This document shows, piece by piece, positions 37,848 to 49,585 of a stretch of 64,000 nucleotides of DNA. The notes beneath the pieces are model-generated. The model worked only from the letters and a program-made list of their open reading frames with translations, was not told where the DNA came from and searched no databases. Positions within the stretch are counted from its first letter, which is position 1; every line of letters begins with the position of its first letter. The stretch covers positions 10,932 to 74,931 of the forward strand of contig CAYZXL010000017.1 in NCBI GenBank assembly GCA_964482435.1. The letters run 5' to 3'. The translations under genes were made by a program, and so were the position numbers. This stretch comes from an uncultured Verrucomicrobiota bacterium (GTDB taxonomy: Bacteria > Auribacterota > JABMQX01).

Positions 37848-39779
37848 ATGTTGAAGATAAAGGCATTGATTTGGCGAAAACGGCGCCTTTTCGCGTTCCT
37901 TGCAGATGCGGGTTGCGTTGTGTTGAGCTACTGGCTCTCCTTTTTGATCGGGCTGGCGGGTCTGGGGAGCTCATGGGCTCATCTCTTTGCCGACACCGTG
38001 TTGATGCTGGTTGCCTGCCGCTTTGTCTTCTTCTGGGTCTTCAGACTCCATAATGGCTCATGGAGATACGCGAGCATATCGGACCTCGCAAACATATTGA
38101 AAGCGGTTGGCTCAAGCGAAGCGCTTTTCAGCGTCCTGTTGTTTCTTGTGACGCGGCTTGAAGGCTATCCGAGGAGAATCCTGGTCATAGACGGATTGTT
38201 GTTGGTGTTTCTGCTCGGCGGAACGCGACTTGCCGGTCGCATAGCATCCGAGAGGCTCAGAGGGGACAAACCTGATGGACGGCGATTACGGACGCTGATC
38301 GTAGGCGCGGGGGATGCTGGAGAAGCGGTCGTCCGCAATCTGAAATATGGGAATCACAGTTCCCTCGTCCCCGTCGGCTTCGTGGATGACGATCCGGCAA
38401 AGGCCGGGCTGATGATTCACGGGGTGCGAGTTCTGGGAAAGATTTCCAACCTCCCTTACCTCCTCAAGAGAAGGCGGATTGACGACCTAATTATCGCAAT
38501 TCCATCCGCAACCCGCTCCCTGAAAAAGCAAATATACGCTGCTTGCGAGAACCTGCAGGTAAGAGTGAAAACGGTGCCGAACCTGCATGATATGATCTTA
38601 GGCAGGCGGCGCATTGACGAGCTGAGTGATTTGAACATTCAGGATTTGATTGGAAGGGAGACGATCAGCACGGATGTGGAGAAAGCGAGCAACTATTTAC
38701 GGGGAAAAAGGATTCTCGTAACCGGCGCCGGCGGTTCCATCGGAGGAGAAATCTGCAAACAGGTCCTCGACTGCACCCCGGAGTCCCTGATTCTCTTAGG
38801 CAAAGGCGAGAACAGTCTTCACGACTTACGCTTGCAGCTCGCTTCGATGGGCTCCGTAGCCAAGGTATATTGCGTACTGGGTTCCGTCACCAACAAGCCG
38901 AAGATGGAAGCGGTCTTTGCTCAATTTCAGCCAAGCGTGGTCTTCCACGCGGCGGCTCACAAGCACGTAGATCTTACCGAGCTGAATTGCGACGAGGCGG
39001 TCCTGAACAACGTAATGGGCACGAAGAATGTTCTGGAGGTCTCGGAAGACCACGGCGCCGAAAGGATCGTCGTCATTTCCACCGACAAGGCAGCCGATCC
39101 AACAAGTGTCATGGGATGCACCAAGCGTATCGTTGAAATGATGGTCAGCTCCCGGAAGAAGTCCAAAACGGTTGTCGTGGCGGTTCGCTTCTGCAATGTC
39201 CTTGACAGCCGTGGCAGTGTCATCCCAACCTTCAGGCGGCAGATAGAGCTTGGTGGACCAGTAACCATTACAGACAAGAGAATGAAGCGGTATTTCATGA
39301 CGATTCCTGAGGCGGTGGAACTTGTGATCCAAGCAGGAGCGATCGGCCGGCACGGTGAGGTGCTCATGCTGGATATGGGCGAACCAGTCAGGATCGTTGA
39401 CCTGGCAAGGCACATGATAAGGCTTGCTGGTTACGTGGAAGGGAGGGACATCCGTATCGAGTATACGGGGATTCGTCCGGGCGAGAAGTTGGAAGAACAG
39501 CTCGTCGGTCATAATGAAACCCAACAGGACACAGAGCATCCGAGGATCAAACGGATCACCTTCCGGCACGACGGATCGGATCATGCTGCCCTCGAAAGAG
39601 ACATCAACTGCCTGATTGAAAAGTCCATAGCAATGGAGATGGATGAAGTCCGTCGCAAGCTGATGGAGATGGTCCCGGAATACAATCCGAACCTCAGTCA
39701 GGAAATCCTGAGCTGGTTGCCGTGGAAGCCCGCCAGATTGGACTTGCAGCCTCACGAGATTCAGCCGGCGCGGACATAG
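37848..39779 (+). CDS. WbpM/PglF/CapD-like membrane-anchored UDP-HexNAc 4,6-dehydratase (polysaccharide biosynthesis protein)
   Basis: N-terminal TM helices. ILVTGAGGSIGGEICKQVL (Rossmann fold). ...VFHAAAHKHVDLTELNCDEAVLNNVMGTKNVLEV. Confidence 0.85.
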   Translation: MLKIKALIWRKRRLFAFLADAGCVVLSYWLSFLIGLAGLGSSWAHLFADTVLMLVACRFVFFWVFRLHNGSWRYASISDLANILKAVGSSEALFSVLLFLVTRLEGYPRRILVIDGLLLVFLLGGTRLAGRIASERLRGDKPDGRRLRTLIVGAGDAGEAVVRNLKYGNHSSLVPVGFVDDDPAKAGLMIHGVRVLGKISNLPYLLKRRRIDDLIIAIPSATRSLKKQIYAACENLQVRVKTVPNLHDMILGRRRIDELSDLNIQDLIGRETISTDVEKASNYLRGKRILVTGAGGSIGGEICKQVLDCTPESLILLGKGENSLHDLRLQLASMGSVAKVYCVLGSVTNKPKMEAVFAQFQPSVVFHAAAHKHVDLTELNCDEAVLNNVMGTKNVLEVSEDHGAERIVVISTDKAADPTSVMGCTKRIVEMMVSSRKKSKTVVVAVRFCNVLDSRGSVIPTFRRQIELGGPVTITDKRMKRYFMTIPEAVELVIQAGAIGRHGEVLMLDMGEPVRIVDLARHMIRLAGYVEGRDIRIEYTGIRPGEKLEEQLVGHNETQQDTEHPRIKRITFRHDGSDHAALERDINCLIEKSIAMEMDEVRRKLMEMVPEYNPNLSQEILSWLPWKPARLDLQPHEIQPART

Positions 39780-39854
39780 AAAGAGGCGTGTGTTCATCCG
39801 CGTGAAGGAGACAAGAGCCTCAACCGCGGATTCAACTCTAAGAGGAGCGACCCA

Positions 39855-42026
39855 ATGGCAAGAAGGAATGGTCCGGAGGCCAACCACAAGCATGGGCCAC
39901 AGGCGGAAGCAGTGGTTGAACCCGTTATCTATGAGAAACGGCTGACCATAAAGGACCTCTTCCATATCCTGCTCAAGAGGAAATGGATCCCGATAGCCTG
40001 CCTCGTCAGCTTTGTCGCGATCACGGCAGTCGCATCTTTCAGGGCAACGCGGATGTACCGGGCGACCGCGCAGGTCGAGATCGAGAAGGAAAGCATCAAA
40101 CTCCTCTCGTTTCAGGAAGTCGTGGATGTGGATACGACTGACGTTGACTATTACAACACGCAATACAAGATTCTGAGAAGCCGCTCGCTCGCGGAAACGG
40201 TGGCTGCCAAACTAAGGGCAGCGGGAAATCCTCAGGATGGACGCCTGACGAGAAATACCATTCTTGAAATGACGAAGGTCGAACCTGTTCGGAACAGTCG
40301 CCTGGTGGACGTGATTGCGGAATCGGCCATCCCTCAACAAGCGGCTCGAGTTGCGAATGTGCTCGCGGAAGTCTATATCGAGCAGGATCTCAACAAGAAA
40401 GTGGAATCCGTTCGGATGGCATCGGAGAAGCTCGCCGAGGAGCTCACCAAGGCAAAGACGAGGTTAGACGAGTCGGAGAGGAAATTCACCGAATATAAAG
40501 AGAGAAACAATATCGTTTCCCTTAACGAAAAGCAGAACCTTGTCCTTGAAGAGCTCTCGAGGCTGAACGAGGCTGCAGCCACTGCGAGAACAGAAAGGCT
40601 CAAAAAAGAGGCACGGTACAATCAACTCAAGTCGCTTCCCCTTGAGCAACTCGGACATGAAGAAGAGGTAATCAGCGATCCCTCAATTCAGAGCTTGAGA
40701 CAGAGCGAGTTGGCGTCCCTCCAGACCGTTGAGATGCTCGCCAAGCGTTACGGGAATAAACACCCCAGTATGATCTCGGTGCGGGCGGAACTTGCGCGCC
40801 TCCGCGAGGCGATTGACCAGCAAATTCCGAAGATCGTCGAAGAAGCGAAGAACTTGTGGGAGAAAGCAAGGAGCCAGGAAGAGCAGTTAGTTCAAGCCGT
40901 CGAGAAAAAGAAGCAGGAAGTGATCGAGTTCACACGGAGGGTGAATCAATACGAAAGCCTCGCCCGGGAAGTCGACACGAACAAGAAGCTCTTCGACGAG
41001 ATTCTGAATCGCACGCGAGAGACGGATATCTCCCAGAGGACCGAGAAGAGCAATATAAGGATCGTTGACAGGGCGGATGTTCCTAAGAGCCCGTTCAAAC
41101 CTCGGACGAAACTCAATCTCATTCTTGCTCTCACGGCCGGTGTCATTGTAGGGACCGGCGCGGCGTTCTTCGTCGAGCATCTCAACGACACAGTCGAAGA
41201 TCCTGCCGATATTGAAGGATTCCTGGCCAAACCTTTCTTGAGAGCTGTGCCCGTGATTTCTGGCGAATACAACGAACTTGAAGAAAAAGCCAAAGTCACG
41301 CATCTCTCACCTCAATCCACCACATCCGAAGCTTATAAGACCCTTCTGGCAAGCATTCACTACTCTCCGTCGGCAAATGGCATCAGGACAATCCTTGTGA
41401 CGAGCTCTGGTCCTGCTGAGGGAAAAACGACTACTCTCACGAATTTGGGAATAGCAGCCGCCCTGAATGGCAAAAAGGTTCTCCTTGTTGATTCAGACCT
41501 GCGAAAGCCAACGCTTCACAAGATATTCGGACTGAGGAAGGATATAGGCTTCACAGACTATCTTGTCGGGGAGGCTGGCCTGGGCCATATAGTGCAGGAG
41601 ACTGACATCCCGAACCTTTCCGTCATCGCCCGAGGGACCTCTTCTCCTAATCCGTCGGGCTTGATTTCGTCTGACCGTATGAAAGAGTTTCCAGCTCTCG
41701 TCAAAGACAATTTCGACTTGATACTTTTCGACTCGCCTCCATGTATGGTCGTTGCCGACTCGCTGATAATTGCGAACCTTGTGGATGCGGTGGTCAATGT
41801 GACCCAGAGCGGCAGATATTCCAGGAAACTGGTGGGCAGAGGTCTGGACCTTCTCGACGGCGTGAACGCTAATGTCCTCGGCGTCGTCCTCAACGAGGTC
41901 AAAGAGCGCGACCACCGCTACTATTACTATTATGGGTACGGCTATTATTACAGCTACAGCGAGGAGGGGCGGAGAAACAGGAGAGAGCGGAAGACCGGTC
42001 GGAAGCAGCTGAGACCAGGTAGGTGA
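39855..42026 (+). CDS. wzc: Wzc-like polysaccharide co-polymerase / bacterial tyrosine kinase (BY-kinase) with a C-terminal Tyr cluster
   Basis: N-terminal Wzz-like TM + coiled-coil region. C-terminal P-loop ILVTSSGPAEGKTTTLTNLGIAAALNGKKVLLVDSDLRKP and DSPP Walker B-like. Tail HRYYYYYGYGYYYSYSEE. Confidence 0.85.
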   Translation: MARRNGPEANHKHGPQAEAVVEPVIYEKRLTIKDLFHILLKRKWIPIACLVSFVAITAVASFRATRMYRATAQVEIEKESIKLLSFQEVVDVDTTDVDYYNTQYKILRSRSLAETVAAKLRAAGNPQDGRLTRNTILEMTKVEPVRNSRLVDVIAESAIPQQAARVANVLAEVYIEQDLNKKVESVRMASEKLAEELTKAKTRLDESERKFTEYKERNNIVSLNEKQNLVLEELSRLNEAAATARTERLKKEARYNQLKSLPLEQLGHEEEVISDPSIQSLRQSELASLQTVEMLAKRYGNKHPSMISVRAELARLREAIDQQIPKIVEEAKNLWEKARSQEEQLVQAVEKKKQEVIEFTRRVNQYESLAREVDTNKKLFDEILNRTRETDISQRTEKSNIRIVDRADVPKSPFKPRTKLNLILALTAGVIVGTGAAFFVEHLNDTVEDPADIEGFLAKPFLRAVPVISGEYNELEEKAKVTHLSPQSTTSEAYKTLLASIHYSPSANGIRTILVTSSGPAEGKTTTLTNLGIAAALNGKKVLLVDSDLRKPTLHKIFGLRKDIGFTDYLVGEAGLGHIVQETDIPNLSVIARGTSSPNPSGLISSDRMKEFPALVKDNFDLILFDSPPCMVVADSLIIANLVDAVVNVTQSGRYSRKLVGRGLDLLDGVNANVLGVVLNEVKERDHRYYYYYGYGYYYSYSEEGRRNRRERKTGRKQLRPGR

Positions 42027-42231
42027 GGCCTCGCTCTTTCTATCGGAACGGTCCTTTCGGGTATAATGTCAGCGGGATAGCGACTACGAATATGTCCTCC
42101 TTTCCGCATCGTCTCGGGGTTGCTCCGCGCATCGAAGAGCGATCAGGCCTGTTCTCTTGAGCATACAAAGTCTCCTTTCTTGCCTCTATTGAGGTGACGA
42201 ATTTCGTTGCCGGCGCCGGGTTTGTGGCCGG

Positions 42232-44427
42232 CTATCGTAGTGGGAATCTGTGATGAGATGGCCGGCGGTTTCCTCCCGTTGCGACGGACACTCTTCCCAC
42301 CCCGCCTTCACTCCTTTTTCCATCCCGGCATACTTTTGACCTCGGCTTAATCATGACGGAATAGCAAAACGTCGAAAGCTCTTTCGGTTTCGTTTTCCGA
42401 TAGAGAATCAGATCGGATCCGGGAGTTCGGGAAATGGTCAACTCGAGTGCTTTGGCGAGTTGTTCTCCGGTGAATTCCTCGCGCCGGCCCGTAGTCGTGA
42501 AGTGGACTTCGTAGGTCGTCGCAGGGTTTAGCCCCTTCAATTGCACGCGCAGCGTGTCCTCTCGGCATTCCTTGCGCCGGAAGGCCAGAACCATCCCTTC
42601 ATCGAGGTCAACCCTGTGATATTGCGACGCGAGCCATTTGTCCTCGTCGCGGCTGTAGCCGGTCAGGCCATACCAGTCGCCATTGAGCAGATGGCGGACT
42701 TTCTTGTATGTATCGGTGATAGTTTTGGCCCTGGCCATGTCGAAGCCCTCCCCGTCAGCGATCCAGCCCACGATCAGCGAGGAGGCAAGGGTGGAGTGGA
42801 ATGAATAATCGTCTAACCGATTGAGGGGAACTGACACCAACCCGTTGGGCAGATACTGGCTCATGCCGTAGATTGACGCCTGGTCAATGACGTTATCGAA
42901 CCAGTAGTCGCTCTTCTGGTGGATGTGGAACCGCATGATTGTCTCAAGGTCTATTCGACGGCCCCCGCTGGCACACTCCTCCATCAGCGCGTTGGGGTGG
43001 CGCGCCTTGATGATGTCCCAGTAGGCATACAGGCCAGCGATGTAGTGCATCTCGGTGACGCCCTGGCGGTCGGGCGCATCATTCTCACGCCAGAAAGAGA
43101 GGGGATCAATATTGCAGTCTTGCCTGTACACCTCGAAGCCAGGGAGCTTCAGATATTGATCAACGATGCCGAAGAAGTACTTCTGGACCTCCGGCAGGCC
43201 GAAGTTGAGGAGACCGCCCCCGCCTCCGGACTTCCTGCGCAAGACCCAGTCGCCGCGGTCGCGGTCTATCTGAGTGCCCTCGACGACGCGCTCGGGTTCA
43301 AACCAGAGGCCATAGACCATTCCGAAGTCTTTGGCAGCCTTCGCCACCGGGGCCATTCCGCGGGGGTACTTTGTCTTGTCCACGTCCCAGTTGCCCGCGC
43401 CGTCAGGCCATCCTCCTCGAAACCACCCCGCGTCCGTGATGACCGCTTCCACGCCCAGCGGCTGAAGTGCCTTCATCAGCGAAATCTGGTTCTGCTCGTT
43501 GCACTCGTTGAGCCAGCCTCCGCCGCGGGTAAAGCATGTGTTGCAGAACAGGATTGGGTCCGGCTTTCTTCCCCGGTACGTCGCCGCGTAATGACGGTAG
43601 ATGAGCTGGCGGAATTGCGAATTGCTTAAGGATGGTTCCCCCTCGTGGAACAGCACTAACATCCTCGACGTGCGGACTCTCTCGTTTGGCAGGAGCCGAA
43701 AATGTGTCTTTTCCAGCCCGGCTCGGATATGGAGCCTCGGGCCGGCGGGCCCCATTTCACAGCTTAAGGCCGCCTTCCATTGGCCTGACCAACCGACGGC
43801 GATGATGACCGCATGCTGGCCGCAGTCAACTCGGAAAAACGGGAAATCCGCGTTGCTCGACCGTCCGCCACCGCCCCCCATGGTCTGAACCTCACCCAGT
43901 TCCATGGCTGCCTTGCTGACTTCGTAGTCAGTGGGGTTCGAGGGGGCGCCGTTGGTCCTGTGGAGCACGAAAGGCCCCCTTTCTCCTTTCGGCCCTCCCA
44001 GAAACATGTCCATCGCCTGGACATCTTCAATGATGGGCGTCGCAACAGAGCCTCTATTCTCGAAGAACAACACCCATTCGGCAGCCGGGAAATCGTCGAA
44101 CAGCTTCAAGTCATACGTGACACTGAGGCCGCACCTGGCATCGGTCCATTCTGTTGTGAGGAGCGTGCGGTTGCCGCCAACATCGCTCTCTCTCCGCACG
44201 CATTGCCAGGCGGGGAGCAAGTCTCTGGATAAAACCCCATCGTATTTGAAACTGAAAGGAATCGCATTCGACCGTATCCTATCCAGCCATATCTCATTGC
44301 CAGCCGTTGTTTCGTCGTCGGCAGCGATGCTAAGGGTTGTGGCGGACGCCGTGCAAAGGAGAATAGCAAGTGGAAGAGTGAGGACAATGAGGCTGCGATG
44401 TTGCAGACCTGCTATCGGTTTCATCAT
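42232..44427 (-). CDS. Secreted glycoside hydrolase, GH36-like alpha-galactosidase family. The ORF is open to 44481; MM at 44427 with RBS ggaggg is the likely start
   Basis: ...VITDAGWFRGGWPDGAGNWDV...YGLWFEPERV...YRQDCNIDP...ECASGGRRIDLETI match GH36/melibiase motifs (DDGWF, KwDmN, CSGGGgR). Signal peptide. Confidence 0.6.
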   Translation of the reverse strand: MMKPIAGLQHRSLIVLTLPLAILLCTASATTLSIAADDETTAGNEIWLDRIRSNAIPFSFKYDGVLSRDLLPAWQCVRRESDVGGNRTLLTTEWTDARCGLSVTYDLKLFDDFPAAEWVLFFENRGSVATPIIEDVQAMDMFLGGPKGERGPFVLHRTNGAPSNPTDYEVSKAAMELGEVQTMGGGGGRSSNADFPFFRVDCGQHAVIIAVGWSGQWKAALSCEMGPAGPRLHIRAGLEKTHFRLLPNERVRTSRMLVLFHEGEPSLSNSQFRQLIYRHYAATYRGRKPDPILFCNTCFTRGGGWLNECNEQNQISLMKALQPLGVEAVITDAGWFRGGWPDGAGNWDVDKTKYPRGMAPVAKAAKDFGMVYGLWFEPERVVEGTQIDRDRGDWVLRRKSGGGGGLLNFGLPEVQKYFFGIVDQYLKLPGFEVYRQDCNIDPLSFWRENDAPDRQGVTEMHYIAGLYAYWDIIKARHPNALMEECASGGRRIDLETIMRFHIHQKSDYWFDNVIDQASIYGMSQYLPNGLVSVPLNRLDDYSFHSTLASSLIVGWIADGEGFDMARAKTITDTYKKVRHLLNGDWYGLTGYSRDEDKWLASQYHRVDLDEGMVLAFRRKECREDTLRVQLKGLNPATTYEVHFTTTGRREEFTGEQLAKALELTISRTPGSDLILYRKTKPKELSTFCYSVMIKPRSKVCRDGKRSEGGVGRVSVATGGNRRPSHHRFPLR

Positions 44428-44516
44428 GTCCCTCCTTGCCGGATCGAATTGGAGGCAGACTGTCATGACTCCATTTCTCACTTCGAGAACTTTGCCGGGG
44501 TTTCAGAATACCGACA

Positions 44517-44797
44517 TTACGGCACGCCAACTTTCGTGCGGCCGGGCGTCCCGTGCTCTCCGAACCAGTAATAGGTCCCATCCTCATAGAACATGCCCCC
44601 GCCATGTGCTTGAACTCGATTTCCCTCGGTGTCGCACCAGACCTCGCCCGGCCTGAATGAGCTGTATCTCCTCCGCTCCTGGTTAGCCCCCTCTGCGTAC
44701 AAACGGCGGGAGACCAGGCACAGGACAACTGTTAGAGTGATTGATGCCTTTTTCATCACGCTCCTCCGGGTCTTTTCCCCAACGCATTCCGGACCGC

Positions 44798-44810
<13 letters not shown>
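44517..44810 (-). CDS. Small secreted ORF resembling the N-terminus of a GH43/GH32-type beta-propeller hydrolase (possibly a truncated remnant)
   Basis: MKKASITLTVVLCLVS signal, then ...FRPGEVWCDTEGNRVQAHGGGMFYEDGTYYWFGEHG. Ends after 97 aa. Confidence 0.35.
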
Positions 44811-46144
<1,334 letters not shown>

Positions 46145-46464
46145 CTCTCTATCCTCCTGCTTTGAGAGCTTGGCTTAAGCTCTTCCCTTCCAGGCGCCAT
46201 CCTATCCAATCTACTCATGCGCCACAACCGGGAAATTCAGTCCAGGTATCGGGCGCAATCCGGCGGCTTGGTTTTCCTATCGGGCTATAGCTTGCTGTTT
46301 GCACCTCAAGATGGATAAGCGTTTTGTAGGTTCGCTTTTGCACTGAGGCGCCGGTCCGCTTCGGTCACGGTCTGCACTGAAAAGCTTGCCGTTAACGGGG
46401 TGTCCTATTAGAATGCTCACGATGCCATAGCTTATGGTTTAGTGACGGTGGAGGAGGGTCTGCA

Positions 46465-47982
46465 ATGCGTTCTTTTCTGCGACAAGGGGTTCCAGTGGGT
46501 TTTCTTGCGAGCGTTGTCTTGACGATAGCCTGCGTAGCGCGGGCGACGGAAGCGGTTTCCGGTGAACCGACTCGCAGTCCGCTTGTGCAGGTCGTGGACC
46601 TTTGTGTAGGTGATTCACAGACGGTGGAGCTTTGTGATGGGACCAGAGCCGAGGTGAAGTTGCTCAGCTTGAAAGAAAAGAGCGACTCGGTCCGTGGGGC
46701 GATTCGGGAGGCAAAGGTACGGGTTGAAGTCAACGGTCAGCAGACCACACTGACTTCCGCCACGTATAACTTGCCGTTGACGATCGGTGGGGTTCAGATT
46801 GACTGCCCAATTACGAAGGGGTACCTCGCAAACAGCGATTCCGACGCCTGGGGGTTACTCAAGGATGCGCGGCTGCGGCTGTGGCCGGCCGGCTCGCCGC
46901 TGGTTGCCCCCGCCACGTTTGTTTACCCTCTAAAGCAGCGCTGGTTCGCCAGCGACACGCAAATGGCCAACGAGCCGACATTTGTTGACGGGGGCGAACG
47001 ACCGTCCGAGCGGAAGATTTACTACCACTACGGTTTGGACTTTGGCGGAGCCGAAGGGATGGTGAACATCGTGTCGGCGACAGAAGGGCTCGTTGTCTCG
47101 GCAGGCACGGATATGCTGCCCGGGTACGAAGACAGCCCGGTGAAGGCTCGGTACGACGTGGTCTATATGCTGGACGACCAGGGCTGGTACTATCGCTACA
47201 GCCATCTCCAGACGATCGAGGCCGGCATTCGGCCCGGGGTGCAGGTCAAAGCGGGGCAGAAGGTCGGTGTGTTGGGGAAGGAAGGAGGAAGCGGGGGATG
47301 GTCGCACCTTCACTTTGACATCCAGAGCCGCCAACCCTCAGGCAAATGGGGCATCCAGGATGCCTACGCTTTTGCCTGGGAGGCATACCGTCGGGAATAT
47401 AGCCCTAAGCTGGTTGCGGTCGCTCGGCCGCATTGTCTCGCTTGGGTTGGCGAGCCGATGGTTCTCGACGGTTCGCGCTCATGGAGCGAATTCGGGAAAA
47501 TCGTTTCCTATGAGTGGACCTTCACGGATGGGAGCAAGGCCAGTGGTCCCCGAGTTAAACGAACGTACGGCCGCCCTGGGGCTTATAGCGAAATTCTCAA
47601 AGTCACCGATGAGCGAGGATCGGCCGCCTACGATTTCGCGGTGGTTCAAATCATCGCCAAATCGCAGCCCGACCGGCTCCCGCCGACGATCCACGCAGCC
47701 TATGCACCCACATTTAACATTAAGCCCGGAGACCCGGTCACCTTCAAGGTCCGGACCTTTCGGACTACAGCGGGCAAGGAAACGTGGGACTTCGGCGACG
47801 GCAGCCCAACGGTGACTGTTTTGTCCGACGGAAACGTCAACCCCCTCGCCAAGGATGGATATGCTGTGACTGTTCACCGTTTCAAGCGACCGGGGGACTA
47901 TTTGGTGCGAGTCGAACGCGCCGACGAGCATGGACTCACAGCGGTTGGACATCTGCATGTTCAAGTTGGCGGCGAAGATTAG
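46465..47982 (+). CDS. M23-family metallopeptidase with PKD domains
   Basis: HYGLDFGG...YRYSHL...GQKVGVLGKEGGSGGWSHLHFDI (LytM HxH). ...SYEWTFTDGSKASGPRVKRTYGRPGAYSEILKVTDERGSAAYDFAVVQI (PKD). Signal peptide. Confidence 0.75.
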   Translation: MRSFLRQGVPVGFLASVVLTIACVARATEAVSGEPTRSPLVQVVDLCVGDSQTVELCDGTRAEVKLLSLKEKSDSVRGAIREAKVRVEVNGQQTTLTSATYNLPLTIGGVQIDCPITKGYLANSDSDAWGLLKDARLRLWPAGSPLVAPATFVYPLKQRWFASDTQMANEPTFVDGGERPSERKIYYHYGLDFGGAEGMVNIVSATEGLVVSAGTDMLPGYEDSPVKARYDVVYMLDDQGWYYRYSHLQTIEAGIRPGVQVKAGQKVGVLGKEGGSGGWSHLHFDIQSRQPSGKWGIQDAYAFAWEAYRREYSPKLVAVARPHCLAWVGEPMVLDGSRSWSEFGKIVSYEWTFTDGSKASGPRVKRTYGRPGAYSEILKVTDERGSAAYDFAVVQIIAKSQPDRLPPTIHAAYAPTFNIKPGDPVTFKVRTFRTTAGKETWDFGDGSPTVTVLSDGNVNPLAKDGYAVTVHRFKRPGDYLVRVERADEHGLTAVGHLHVQVGGED

Positions 47983-47998
47983 CCACAGAGGTCCGAGG

Positions 47999-49186
47999 AT
48001 GAAGAACTTTGAGATGACACGACGGAACTTCCTGCGGGTCACGGCGGCAGGCGCAGCAGGCATTGCCACGGGAATTGTCAGGGGTTCGCACGCCAGCGCC
48101 TCGTCGGGCCTGGCGATTCAGGAACCATTTCACGGGGCAGTTCTCAACCGGAAACACGGAAAGGAAGTGAGCGGCGGCTTGAAGGTCCGTGTATCTGGCG
48201 AGGCGCCTCTGCGTGACCACGTGACAGTGAATGGTTCGCCCGCTGAGCGTGCAGGGACTCAGTTTGTTTCAGAAACTGTCCTCCGCGAGAAGAAGACAGA
48301 GATCGTCGCCGCGTCGAAAGGCAACTCTGGCCGCCACGAGCACCGGGTGCGTGTTCTCTGGGACAAGCATTCTTTTGCGAGGTATCGCTTTTCGATAGAC
48401 GATAACAGCTTCTTTCTGAGGGACATCGCCCAGAAAAACTATCCCTCACTTTTTGACTGTTTCTACCTGAAGATGCTGCGTGAGCTGCATTCCAAATACG
48501 GGGCACGCTTCGTTCTCAACATCTACTACAAGACCGACGATGGATTTGAGCTGCCTCAGTTTCCCGGCCGTTACAAAGGCGAATGGCAAGACAACTCCGA
48601 TTGGCTCAAGCTCGCCTTCCACGCATACTCGCACATGCCCGACCGCCCGTACCAGTACGCAGCGGCTGACCGGTTGATCGCTGATCTGGAGAAGGTCAAA
48701 GGGGAGATATGTCGCTTTGCGGGCGAACAGACCTACTCGCCGCCAACGGTCATCCACTGGGGAATGGTGCAGCCCACGGCTCTAAAGCTCCTTGCCGACC
48801 ATGGCGTACGCGTGTTGAGCGGGTACTTCCGCCGCGTCAATGGAGTCTGGGACATCAACTACTTCCAGGACGATGACCGCTCCGAGTACCTATCTCGACA
48901 CGATGCCCTTATGGATTTCGAGAGCGGAATCGTCTTTTCCAGGATTGACATTGTCTGCAACGAAACCGCTGTTCAAGATATCGTGCCCACATTAGACGCC
49001 CTCGCGAGAGACCCCAACCGCGCGGAGACCATGGACCTTTTTACTCACGAGCAGTATTTCTGGCCGTTCTACGCCAATTACATTCCCGACCATGCCCAGA
49101 GGGTCGAGGCAGCAATCCGCTGGGTCACCGAGCACGGGTACAAGCCGGTCTTTTTCCACGAGGGTCTTCTCGGAGGACCAGAGTAA
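47999..49186 (+). CDS. Hypothetical TAT-signal secreted protein. The ORF is open from 47930; ATG 47999 follows an RBS
   Basis: MKNFEMTRRNFLRVTAAGAAGIATGIV is TAT-like. No confident domain match. Confidence 0.5.
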   Translation: MKNFEMTRRNFLRVTAAGAAGIATGIVRGSHASASSGLAIQEPFHGAVLNRKHGKEVSGGLKVRVSGEAPLRDHVTVNGSPAERAGTQFVSETVLREKKTEIVAASKGNSGRHEHRVRVLWDKHSFARYRFSIDDNSFFLRDIAQKNYPSLFDCFYLKMLRELHSKYGARFVLNIYYKTDDGFELPQFPGRYKGEWQDNSDWLKLAFHAYSHMPDRPYQYAAADRLIADLEKVKGEICRFAGEQTYSPPTVIHWGMVQPTALKLLADHGVRVLSGYFRRVNGVWDINYFQDDDRSEYLSRHDALMDFESGIVFSRIDIVCNETAVQDIVPTLDALARDPNRAETMDLFTHEQYFWPFYANYIPDHAQRVEAAIRWVTEHGYKPVFFHEGLLGGPE

Positions 49187-49585
49187 GGTGGCACCTTGCA
49201 TCCCTCCGACTTTCTCTGCGCGCTATCGTGACTCGCGCAGAAGGTTAGTTCCGCTGCCAAACCCCGGTGGGCCTCCCCGGTCTTTGACCAAATCCGCTTT
49301 GTCGCCGCAGGCGCCGGATAGCCGCGCTTTTGTGACTTCGCGCGCAGGGACCACGTCATTTCTGATACCGATCCTTCATGGGGTCTGCTCGTTGCACAGG
49401 CTCAGTAAGCTGCATGCCTCCAGTGTGTGCTTTCGAGTTCTGTCGTTGCGTGGAAATTGTGCGGGCAGCGCTATGATTTCCCTGCTCCGAGGTGCTGTTT
49501 TCGTCTGAGCAGCCTCCCTTTGCAGCGCATTTTTTCCCCAGTCATCGAGTTTTTGGCTCCGGCGACGCTGGACGGTTATCAGGAG

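Noticed and set aside
38826-40163. 445-aa minus-strand ORF.
   Set aside because: It is antisense to the WbpM-like and Wzc-like genes, which have strong family signatures.
42027-42231. Possible terminator between convergent wzc and the GH36 gene (palindrome ccggcgccgg + gttt at ~42203-42216).
   Set aside because: The stem is very short and GC-only without a clear loop; it overlaps nothing else of note. Evidence is too weak to call.
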